From contig NC_043000.1 in assembly GCF_006345805.1 (NCBI RefSeq), positions 41,478,001 through 41,542,000 of the forward strand: a stretch of DNA of 64,000 nt. The letters are read 5' to 3'. A model generated the notes under the pieces. That model worked only from the letters and a program-made list of their open reading frames with translations. It was not told where the DNA came from and made no database searches. Positions within the stretch are counted from its first letter, which is position 1. Each line of letters starts with the position of its first letter. This DNA comes from Octopus sinensis. Its lineage: Eukaryota. Below, one piece after another: positions 52,026 to 64,000 of the stretch. The translations under genes were made by a program, and so were the position numbers.

Positions 52026-53142
52026 CAGGGAATGGACAAAAGAATAGAAATGTTTTGTTAATTGGAATTTTATTATTTAATTTGAACCTGGTCCATCTTC
52101 GGCATCAATCACAGCTAAGGAATTGACTCGTATATTTTCAGATAGATTGTTAGGGGAATTTTTAGCTATTCTTCAAGTAAGACCTGTCTTAGCTCTTTTA
52201 GTGGCAATGGCGGAAGGAAACGGCTCCTCACTTGCTACTCTAAAATGCACCATAAATGTTTGATTTTATTGAGATCCAATGATTGTGGAAGCCTATCCAA
52301 GTGGTCTACTTCACTTTTTGCGTTCTTCTTACTAATTCACACAACTAATTTTGAATAGCATTGTCGTTTCAATTGATGCTTTATCGCTTTGGAAAATTGC
52401 TTTACTATCAGAGAAGAGTGTACCTTAGGATGGACCTGATTAACCAAAATACTCAGATAATCTTTGGAGTTAACACTTGCATTTTAGGACAACTAAGGGC
52501 AAAGTGAATTACGTGATATGTCTGCGCGAGTAATCATAGAGCCTCTTTCATGCTTCATAGTAGAGGCCAAACAATCAAGCTTGACTGCTTCTTTGGATTG
52601 TCTCCAGACATAAACTCGCACTGAGGTGAGAAAAACGCAATAATAATTCATCATAAAAATGACATTGTTCCATTGATAGTTTAGGCACCATTTCCCCCGC
52701 TTATCAATGAGGAGGTTTAGCACAAGAAGTTTAGCAATTGCAGCCCTTCCATGGAACTGAAAACGAACGGTTTTGGTTGATACAGATTTGGCAAGCTCGT
52801 TCATTTAGCACTACCGTCAATTTTACTGCCATAGTACGATTTTTTTCCTAGGAACAAAAACGTTTCCTTATTCTGCTGCCCTTCTTGAACTTTGCTTCCG
52901 TCCAGAATTCTGAATGACAGAGATGGTTTTTACCTTGGTTGTTGAATATCAACATGATTTTAGAGAATGTATCTATTTGACAAATTCAGCGGTTTTAGTG
53001 GCAGAAACTATAGCCATAATGCATATGAACGCATATATAAAGACTAACATAGCTGAGAATTTGTGAATTTGTCATATTGCCAATCGAATAAATAATTAGA
53101 TATAAGGTGAGCTGATGCTTCCATTATCTTCGACAAACCCTG
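52026..53142 (-). mobile_element. Degenerate Tc1 element with both ends
   Basis: Eroded CAGGG-starting TIRs flanked by TA. Motif PQSLDLNKIKHLWCIL. Confidence 0.85.
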
Positions 53143-53279
53143 TACACACACACACAATGACGCACACGTACATATATGTTATACAAACAAAAGTTTGTAC
53201 ATGATTCTGTTTTCGAGGATGATTTCAGTTTCTTTAACACACCCACAACTATGAGCGCGCGCGCGTGTGTGTGTGTGCA

Positions 53280-53331
<52 letters not shown>

Positions 53332-53959
53332 GATACACGCACACAAGTATGAGTGTATGTGTGTGTGTGAATGTGTATATATATATATATATATATATAT
53401 TTAAAATGAGGAAAGAAAAGCGTAATTAATGTTACAATCATTTCCGTTAACTAACAATATTTTAAATTCCATATCGAATACAATGTTACGTAACGCATGT
53501 AATATATTCAGATGGTCGATGGTACCTTCAAATCATGGCATCTGAGAAAGTAATGGGCTATAGGAATATTACATATTCTCATATATTATGACATGAATTA
53601 CATAATATTACATGAATTGATTAATGTTGTTTAGGAGACGGAACGAAAATATTGTCTGTTAGGGAAACAATTGTAATGTCAGTTTGACTTCTTTCCTCTT
53701 TTAACATATTACTTTCATAACTTATTATGTGGGGCTTATAATTTAATGACTAATGGGTCTTACTTTGGAGTTGTGTCGTGCTCCCATTTATATTAACTGA
53801 AGTCTCACGAATCTCCTTTTGATTTTGGAACAGTGCATTAGAGCTAGAATCCAGCATGAGGTGACGGTCAGGATTATATTATATATGCATGATCACATAC
53901 ATATACATAGATATGTGTGTGTGTGCTTGTGTGTGTGCCTGTGTGTGTATGTATATGTC

Positions 53960-54023
<64 letters not shown>

Positions 54024-54365
54024 CACACACATATATACAGAGATGTGCATGTGTGTTTTGTGCTTTTACGAGCTAATTATCAGTGAGTATGTGTATGTGC
54101 GTATGTAAACCATTATATGTGTGTGTGTGTGCGTGTGTGTGTGTGTGAGTGTGTAAGAGAGCGAGAGATAGCGCTTCTAGAAGAATATGAATATTTCAAT
54201 ATGCAGTATTGAATGTATCTATAAGAAATTAACGGATGACTTTAGTCACGGAATGGTTAAGAAACAGAAAAGATTTATAAAGTAAACATATTACATTAAA
54301 CGCTTCCCACCAACTGAAACGGAAAACAAATTTCGTCAAATACTTGTAAATAATAAAAGAACTGA

Positions 54366-54397
<32 letters not shown>

Positions 54398-55142
54398 ACA
54401 CACACGCATGCACACATACACACAATTTTATGTTTCTGAAGTACTGCTCTGTATTCTCGAGCATGAGAATTCCTTGCCGCAAGAGCAATTCTGCCAACAC
54501 GATAGTCTAACAGTAGCTCGCAGGCACAAATTTGTGCGGTTATACTCTCTTACCCAACGAATCTGTGTCTTCGAGTATATAAACCCCGGATAGTAGTTGC
54601 ATTTTGTCTAGACATGTTTCATGTAAAGTATTTTATCTTTGGTCAAATCAGAATTATGCTACCAATCCAGCAAGATTGCTTCTAGAAAAGTCATCAAGGG
54701 AGACTACACAGCCGTATTTCATTTGCTTAGGCATTTGAAATCAAAACCTAAGGGTTTGTAACGAACAATCGCAAGACATTTTGCCGGAAATTTAATCAAT
54801 TCTGCCAATATATTATCCTAATCTTGGCACAAGGTCAGAAATTTTAGTAGGGAGGGAGTCGATAACTTCGGGTTCAGTACTTGACGGATACTATGCTTTA
54901 TCAACCCCTAAAGTAGATCATGGCAGTATTTGAATCCAGAACGTATTGAGCAGGAAGACATGGCTAATGTGCTAAAGATTCATCCAGCTTTCTGCCTTCA
55001 TTTTCCTAATCATAATATTCAAAATAACGGTTTCATATTTAAGCACAAGGCCTGCAATTTCAGGTAGGCTAGTTGATTATATCGACTCTAGAGCTCAACT
55101 GGTATAAAAGGCAAAGTTAGTGTCTAGGCATAAGCTCCTCGT

Positions 55143-55178
<36 letters not shown>

Positions 55179-55202
55179 CGTGCGTTTGTGTGCGTGCGTG
55201 TG

Positions 55203-55665
55203 AAAGGAGGCGAACTAGCAGAATCGTTAGCTAAGCAGCATTTCGTTGATCTCCATGTTCTGCGCTCAAATTCTGCCGGGGTCGACTTCGCCTTTCATCC
55301 CTTCGGGGGTCGATAAAAAAAATAGCATTTGGGCACTGGGGACTATGTAATCGACTTATTCGCTCTCCGTAATTGCTGACCTTGTGTCAAATTTGAAACT
55401 GATGTATGAGCGTGTGTATAATGAATGTTTGTATTTGTTCATATAATGTATGCACACATACATATATTCCAGCATATATATTTCATTACTACCCACAAGG
55501 GAATAAACACAGAGGGGACAAACAAGGACATCGACTCCAGTGCGAAACTGGTACTTTATTTTTCGACCCCGAAAGGATGAAAGGCAAAGTCGACCTCGGC
55601 GGAATTTGAACTCAGAACGTAACGACAGACGAAATACGGCTAAGCATTTCTACCAACTCTCCGCC
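55203..55665. mobile_element. Two opposed SINE A copies (55203-55400 +, 55480-55665 -)
   Basis: Family A core on both strands. Confidence 0.8.
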
Positions 55666-55886
55666 TCTATATTCCAGCATAAACTTACACAGATATATTT
55701 ATACACATGTATATATACTCAATAAATAAACAAAGAAATCAAGTTAGACTGAAAATGGATGCTAAGTGGTATTAAGTGTCAAAAGGCAACTCAACCAGAG
55801 GCGCGCTTGCATAGATAAAAACAAGCGACAGTACAAGTATTCGCACAGGTGTACACACACACACACAGACACACCACACACACACA

Positions 55887-55952
<66 letters not shown>

Positions 55953-56140
55953 GCACACACACACACACACATATATATATGCATGTATATATATGTATGT
56001 GTATGTATATATACATATGTATGGATAAATATAAATATATATGAATTTGTATATACGTATAATTGTATATACACGTATATATGCATATATACACACAGAC
56101 ACATGTATATATACACATATATATCATATATATACATATG

Positions 56141-56197
<57 letters not shown>

Positions 56198-56284
56198 TAT
56201 ATATACATATATATATGTATATATATACATATATATATATACATATATATATATATGTATATATATACATATATATATACATAT

Positions 56285-56332
<48 letters not shown>

Positions 56333-56982
56333 GTATATACATACATATATATATATATATTTCTTTATTTATGTATTTGTACATACGTATAATTGTATAT
56401 ATACACGCATATGTGTGTGACTGTGTGTCTATGTGTGTGTACGTGTATGTACCTGTTCAGATGTTTGTATACATACACAAGTATACAAATTTTAATTCAA
56501 AGTCATACACATAAACTCACACACTTACACGCACACACAGATGTAGGCAGGGATGGGGGTGACAGATATGGCTTGTTTGTAGGTGGGTTTGGGAGTGTGC
56601 GGAGTTGATATATCAAAGGAGCGACAGTAAGGCAGGTGAAAAGGATAAACATCCTTCTGTTGCGACAGAGGCATATAAGAAAGTGACCTGAGTGAGGTCA
56701 GAATTTGGGGAGAGGTTTTTTATTTACCTCCCTCTGCAGTAAAACTTCAGCTTACCATATCGTCCACGCCCTCGTCTTAAGTGCTGCATGAGTAGTTGCT
56801 AAGCACTCCAGTCTAATGCTTTGTTTTCAGTGATTTCTACTGTCCTCATCCGCCATGTTTTTTTTCGCAGTTTTGTGACATGTAGGATGCGAAGAAATTG
56901 CTAACGCCTAGCTCAGCCTTGTTCCATTTTTAAAAGATAATACGGCCACACCAGGGTTTAAACGATTCTTACACACACACAC

Positions 56983-57016
<34 letters not shown>

Positions 57017-57259
57017 CACACACACACACACACACACCACACACACGTGTATGTGCGTGTGTGCGCGTGTGTGTCTAACACACTAATGATCCTACCAATC
57101 AACTATTTTCATTTCTGATTGAAAGATCATTCATAATATTTCGCATATGCAGATATTTGTTTTATGTATATATGTATACATATGTGTGTGTAATACACAT
57201 TATTAAGTACTGGGGATCAACATCGAGCAAAAACAGGTAAACACACGATATATATAATA

Positions 57260-57307
<48 letters not shown>

Positions 57308-57431
57308 GTGTGTGTATGTATATATGCATTTTGTATATATATATATACATATACATATATTAAACAAAAAGAGATAATAAAGCCAAGGCTGTGAGGAGTT
57401 TTCAAGACATAAGGAAAGAAATATAGACATA

Positions 57432-57479
57432 GCCTTACAGCTGTTTCTGGGATATTATGGACATCCTGTCATCAGAAAC
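57432..57479 (-). ncRNA. Type I hammerhead motif in a PLE-like fragment (~57360-57730)
   Basis: GTTT CTGATGA CA GGATGT-CCATA-ATATCC CA GAAAC AGCT GTA AGGC. Palindromic stem III ACAGCTGT. Confidence 0.75.
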
Positions 57480-57783
57480 GATGTGGGATGGTTAAACAGA
57501 AGTAAATGCTTGAGTTCGAAATAAAGAATTATTGTGGAAAAGGTGGAGAAAGGGAATATAGAGGGAAATAAGAGAATGGAAGTAGAAATAAAATATGAAA
57601 CATTGTAGTTGCAGTTCCATTATTCGAGCAAATTGATTTTTCTGAAAAATAGGGATTGTTTATCCTGTTCAGGCTATATTATTAGCATTATCTTGCGTTT
57701 AAAATGTAAAAAATCACTTCTTTAACTATATATACATATACACACATACACACACAAACACACATACACATATATACATACAT

Positions 57784-57829
<46 letters not shown>

Positions 57830-57853
57830 TATATATATATATATAATATATAT

Positions 57854-58282
<429 letters not shown>

Positions 58283-59399
58283 CTATATATATATTATATA
58301 TATATACATATACATATATAATTATACGCACATGCATACATACATGCAGACATGCAGACATAGTAAATACATACATAGAAACAAACACACACACACGCAC
58401 ACACATATATATATACTTGTTTGGCAAGTGCTTTTTCTCAAACTGTCTGTTGGAAAAGGAAAACATTTGCACCGTGGAACAGATATTATAACCATTGAAA
58501 AACATAAAAAAGGTGTTAACTTCACTTACACATTTGTTATTTAGTGTAAAACCTTTTCGTCGCACCTTCTGCAGCCTGGTAACTTATATATAATTGTCAA
58601 AACAAGAAGCTATATTTTAGGAAGGAGCGTCGGAAAATGGTGTTGTTAATAGAGACAATTAAACATATTCGTTTGCGCTACTGCACCAATGATTAATTAC
58701 GAGATCAATTCCTATGGAGGTTCACTTTGAATTTTTCTTCATTCGATATCAATGTATCAAGTAACTGCGATCGATATAGTATGCTGTACTCCATCTCCTT
58801 GACATGAATCATTGTTCCTTATTTTAGAATTATTTCATTCGATTTCTTGCTTTCGATAACAAGACCCGATTTCTTCGGCTTATCTCTGAGTATGGTCGAG
58901 CATATCCTTGAGGATGAGGGATATCATTGTTGTTAAAATCCATTGTTTTTTAATCGTCGTGATTTCTTTATTCTTGTGTTTTGCATTACATATATCCTTC
59001 TAGTTGCAATCGATCTTCACTAGTTACAAACATACAAAGGTAATGCGGTTGATGCTATTTCATGCTTTTTTGTGGTTTGGCAATTGTGGGTCTGTTCTAT
59101 TTTTGATGAGTTAAAGTTAATAGGATATGGTTGCGTGACTCAAATATCTGGAGCTGCGATACTCTAACCTTACATTACTGCTTTATTCCGGTGCTTCTTA
59201 GTCAGAACCAAAATCGCAACCATAAAACCTGTTATTAGTGTAAAACCTTTCCCCGCACCTACTGCGGCCTGGTCAGTGATATATAAATGTCAAAACAAGA
59301 AACGATACTGAAGGAAGGAGCGCCGGAGAATTGGGTGGTTAGTAGAGAAAATATCTGAGGCACGATGAGATTGTGTAGTTTAAACCTAAAGAAGAAGGG

Positions 59400-60250
59400 G
59401 TGTTGTAGCCTCACAAATCAACTCAAACATCCTCAACTATCTGACTAGAAATGCTTAATTTTTCTGAAAGTGCTAATTTGGACAACCATTGTTAGGTCCA
59501 CAGATAAGTATGTTATAGTGTATCAAAAATTTGAACTGCTTAGTTACACAGATCACCATTTTGTGATCCGCACTTTCTCTTCCCCAGTGCACAAAAACTA
59601 TAGCAACTGTATTAGCGAATCAATTGAGCAGTACTTCACGGAAACGATCAACAGGTGATGGAGCGCCCTAGAGAGAAGTATCGAAGTAGAAGCCATAAGG
59701 ATTAGCAATGAAACGATGTAACGCTCGAGAAATATTGACAACACAGGGAGTTAACAGGAAGAAGGAACTAAACATATTTTCTTGACCAAGGCATTAGCGC
59801 CGAAAAAGGCACTCAATAATCTTTTCAATGCGAAACCATGGAGGCTGCGAAGACAGAGCTAATGCTCTAGAACGAAAGCTATTCAAGAGGCACGATATGA
59901 TAGCAACGCCACAATTCGTTCTTTGAACTGATATGGGTCCCCGCTACACAGTTTCAAGTAGATGTGTATAGCTTTCCAGCGGTGCACTGTTTAATCCAAC
60001 AGCATTCAGTGACTCTCAATCAAACATGCACAATGCAAGGAAAAACCGATAATATCAGCGGAGACACGAACAACGGTGACTTGTACAAGGGCAAACCACC
60101 ATGTCTGGAAGGTGTTCCCTACAAGCTTTTCATATACAAGCCCAACTAGTTTGCAGGCATCTCAATAGCTTTCTATTAAAATTAGAGAGAAATATGATTA
60201 ATTGTTCTTTGAGTTGAAGAGTAATAGCTCTGCTGAGGAAGGACACGAAA
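59400..60250 (+). mobile_element. Old L1/Tx1-like ORF2 relic (APE end and linker)
   Basis: IWT...SYTDHHFV resembles the APE SDH motif, followed by WSALE..IEVEAIRIS. Heavily decayed. Confidence 0.5.
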
Positions 60251-61097
60251 AATGGGTGCACAACTGATAATTATGACATAATCATCTTATGAAACGTGAA
60301 GTCAATTTCGCTGCGAATTGAAAACTTATCGTAGTTTTGAGGTACATAAATTAACTGTTTCATAATGTAGATAGCGCAGAAAGTGAAATAAATTCAGCTG
60401 TGAACCATGTTTTGTTTTCTGTTTACGAAATAAATGTTTTCCTTTCCTTAATACATACACAATTATGTATATTATAAGGTGCTGTTTCGCAGTTGTGAAT
60501 TTGAAAAGCAATTACTTTTAATACATCATAAGTGAATAATATTATTATAACGAGAGAAGATTGCGAGGTGATTCAAGTTGACTTTGAAAGAAAGCTACTT
60601 TTGATTACTATTACTCTACATAATCAGTAATGAAAATAAATAATACTTTATTCTATCAACATTGGGAAGGAATGAAGGGCAAAGTTGCATGCAGTAACAT
60701 TCGAATCAATATTTTTACGAGATATCACAAAATATATGGGCAATTTATTTCGGAATTCTATAGAGTAAGCTATAATAACATCCTACCCTTCTTCAACAGA
60801 AGGGCTGTAATAATCCTATCACAGCTATTGTTAATAATTCTTGGTGTTACAAATACTACACTTTTATGAGAAAGCGACATAATATAAAACTCAATCATGC
60901 TCCAAAGATTCTTTATGTTTGAGCTGCGTTACTGCATGTGTGCAGTTACTGCAGTATATGGTGGTTGCTGCAAAAGCGTTGAAATTACACACACACACAC
61001 ACGCACGTACATACACACACAGACAAATATAATGCACGTGCGTGTGTGTGTGTGTGTGTGTGTATACATATATGTCATAATGTTAATAATATTTATA

Positions 61098-61138
<41 letters not shown>

Positions 61139-61917
61139 TATATATATGGTTGCATCATAGTGTTGATAATATATGTGTGTGTGTATGTGTGCGTGTGTAT
61201 GTGTGTGTGTGGTGTGTGTGTGTGTGTGTGTGTGATAGTGTTGAAGTTTTAACATTAATCATCTTTACTCACCAATAAGCAGAAAAGACCAATGAATATA
61301 CTTATCATTTATCTATTTATGTATTCATGTATTTATTTATTTTGCTTCGGTCCATTGACAATGTAAGGTTTATAGACTTATGGAAACATTAATATGGCGT
61401 TTATCTGTATAGAAGCGTAGTAACGCCAGTAGGAATACAAATTTACACAATTGACAGGAGTAGCAATGAGAATATTATACTTTTTCTTCTTTTTTCTTTT
61501 TTTAGAAAAAGGCTTTAAAATATAAGACTATAGTCTCTTATACTAAAATTTAAAATCCGTGAACTAGTGAACTGATGCAGTAAATACAACTGTGTCTATT
61601 CTACAACCCACACAACAGAAGTTTAATATTTTTATGTATACTCATGCATGAAAACACATCTATAGACTTGCTTTAGATATAATGCATTTATATTTTAATG
61701 CATAACGATTATATAGACGTGTGTATGCATATACAGACAGAACGTATGTGTGCATACTTAGATATACATACATACCTTGCATATATATATATATTATACA
61801 TCGTATACATATAATAAAAACACACCCACCCACATATATATATTATCTTATATAATAGCTAATACTAGTTGTCGCCCTGTTGGTTGACTGTTCGACTAAT
61901 CCAGAGAGAGTTAACAT

Positions 61918-62292
61918 AGGCACACGCGTGACAGTATGGTAAAAAGCTTGCTTCCCAATCACAGGGTTCCGGTTTCAGTCCCACTGCATGGCACTTTGGG
62001 CAAGTGTCTTCAACTATAGCCTCGGGCCGACCAAAGCTTTGCGAGTAGATGTAGTAGACGGGAACTGAAAGAAGCCTGTCGTAATGTGACCGCGTGTGTA
62101 CCGTTGGCGATTTTTTCCCTCTGTCTTCCCTTCTCTGGATCTTTCCTTCTCCTATGTTTCCGACGAAGAGCTCCGCTCGAAACGTTAAACCCTCCTTCTT
62201 TCCTTCTTTCCTGAGCGTCCAATAATACTATATTTGTTCCACGTCCTCGCGTTGTTGCGTTTTTGTTGCTTTCTTGTTTGGATTAACTTTAT
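61918..62292 (+). mobile_element. SINE B 5' half joined to an HHR-bearing PLE-like tail
   Basis: SINE head to GAAGCCTGTCGT (62082), followed by the same module as 12612-12800. Confidence 0.85.
62156..62190 (+). ncRNA. Minimal type I hammerhead (CCGACGA core)
   Basis: GTTT CCGACGA A GAGC-TCC-GCTC GAAAC GTT AAAC. All three stems pair. Confidence 0.8.
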
Positions 62293-62303
62293 ATATATTA
62301 TAT

Positions 62304-62344
<41 letters not shown>

Positions 62345-62348
<4 letters not shown>

Positions 62349-62652
62349 ATAAAACGAGACAGATGAGTGACAACCTGGCCACTGGTGGTGGTGTAACACA
62401 CCATACTAATCATATCTGTCGGGCATGTGGAAGAGAGTGTAATTCGGCAGGAGGACTTAAACGACATGCAAAGGTACATGAAACCCAGTTACAACTACAG
62501 CCGGCTATTACCAGTAAAGGTTTTATTTGCCAATTTTGTACAAGACATTGTAGATCTTTAGCTGGGCTAAAAAGTCACATTCGATCTCAGCACCAGTAAC
62601 AGTTAAGCTTCGTGCAAAGGCCATACTCGATAACGAGGGGGCAGCCATAATA
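62345..62652 (+). mobile_element. 5'-truncated RTE LINE 3' end with two C2H2 fingers
   Basis: CRACGRECNSAGGLKRHAKVH and CQFCTRHCRSLAGLKSHIRSQH, then a tail shared with 8767-8815. Confidence 0.85.
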
Positions 62653-62891
62653 ATATATATATATATGTATGTATGCATGTATGTATACAAATGGATGTGT
62701 ATTTTCCCTTGATTACAATTAACACGGAAAAAAATAAATAAACAGTTACCAGAGCAGCAAAAAAATCACACAAGTAATAAGGACGTAACACCCTTTTTGT
62801 AAAGGTAGAAACACCGGGTTGATGTGAAATATTTTGTATAATATATATAAATAAATAAATGGAGTTAAACGCGAATGTTATTCAAATTCTT

Positions 62892-62985
62892 TTACTTACG
62901 ATATATATTTCGAAGGCAACATTGTATTATTCCCCAAAGTATAAAATGGTGTAAAAGAATGTAATCTTCTCATCAAGGAAAGTAA
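62892..62985 (-). ncRNA. Degenerate hammerhead with long stem II
   Basis: TTACTTTCC TTGATGA GAAGATTACATT..AATGTTGCCTTC GAAA TATATA TC GTAAGTAA. Confidence 0.5.
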
Positions 62986-63154
62986 GAAAGTAACCAAACT
63001 CTTCAATAAGACATTTTAACAGAATGTGATGGATGTGTACAATGATGAACGGAATGCTATTAACTTTTTTTTTAAACCGTTAGAAGATATAACGTCAAAG
63101 GTAGCCTATAGAAAGAGAAGGAGTAAGGAAAGAAATAAGCAGAAAAGTAATATA

Positions 63155-63290
63155 TTTCTTTACAGCTCAGAAGGGGCTAAACATAGAGGGGACAAACAAG
63201 GACAGACAAAGGGATTAAGTCGATTACATCGATCCCAGTGCGAAACTGGTACCTTATTTATCGACCCCGAAAGGATGAAAGGCAAAGTCA
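63155..63290 (-). mobile_element. SINE family A, 3' part
   Basis: Reverse complement of ~23128-23264. Confidence 0.85.
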
Positions 63291-63376
63291 GGGGAAATAT
63301 AGCGCGATATGTAAACTTCAACTACACATGCATATATGTATGTATATATGTACGTATGTATGTATGTATGTATGTA

Positions 63377-63419
<43 letters not shown>

Positions 63420-63674
63420 GTATAGTTGTGAAATATAAAGATATACAATATCTTAACAGCTAAAGTATAATCTTTCGGTGATATACCAACATCAAACCAC
63501 CACACTGCATGACCTTCCTCGACCAATCGCAGACCACCTTACAGTAATAACAATCAACTTTCATTTAAATTCCAAAGATTAGCATTGCTCTTGGAACTCT
63601 AAGTGCCGACGAATTTGTATCATATATGTAACACCCAATACATTTGTTGAGTGTCCTTCTTTCGTTTGTCCAAT

Positions 63675-63705
<31 letters not shown>

Positions 63706-64000
63706 GTATATGAAATATGTTTAGTATATGTATATCATATATTTGTGTAGACGTGTCTATGTGTGTGGGCGTATATTTATAATTATGGAGAAAGTGTTAG
63801 GAAGAATGCGTTAGGAATAATTCGAAGCTTTGGACAGATTCCTTCATCAAGGTAAAGATAATATATAAATTAAATGATAGCTGAGTTTCACGTTTACGTT
63901 TGAGACACAAACTGCTACTAAGATACGCAAAACAATACAAGACAGGAAGGAGTAGGGCTGAGAATTCGGGAGAGGAGAGAGATAGGGAGGCAAGTGGGGG

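Noticed and set aside
62234-62599. Possible host C2H2 zinc-finger gene
   Set aside because: The ORF begins in repeat and microsatellite sequence, and the fingers are followed by an RTE 3' tail, so this is a LINE C-terminus.

Overview
AT-rich, microsatellite-saturated animal genomic DNA. The SINE families and repeat landscape suggest an octopus-like cephalopod, which is an inference only. The one credible host gene is a proneural bHLH gene of the achaete-scute/ASCL1 class, with an uninterrupted CDS at 33292-34554 (+), a candidate TATA/Inr promoter and a Hes/Hairy class C site about 1.5 kb upstream. The rest is transposon debris: four tRNA-derived SINE families, R4/Dong, RTE and L1/Tx1 LINE fragments, Tc1/mariner relics and a telomere-repeat-containing MITE. 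The most notable hidden signal is roughly 18-20 minimal type I hammerhead ribozyme (HHR) motifs, many degenerate, from about ten unrelated repeat families resembling Penelope-like element (PLE) pLTRs. Many occur as head-to-head inverted pairs in (TA)n tracts, the core 3-8 pair covaries (C-G, U-A, G-C), and some are fused to tRNA-SINE heads. All structures were read by eye, repeat boundaries are approximate, and no activity has been tested.
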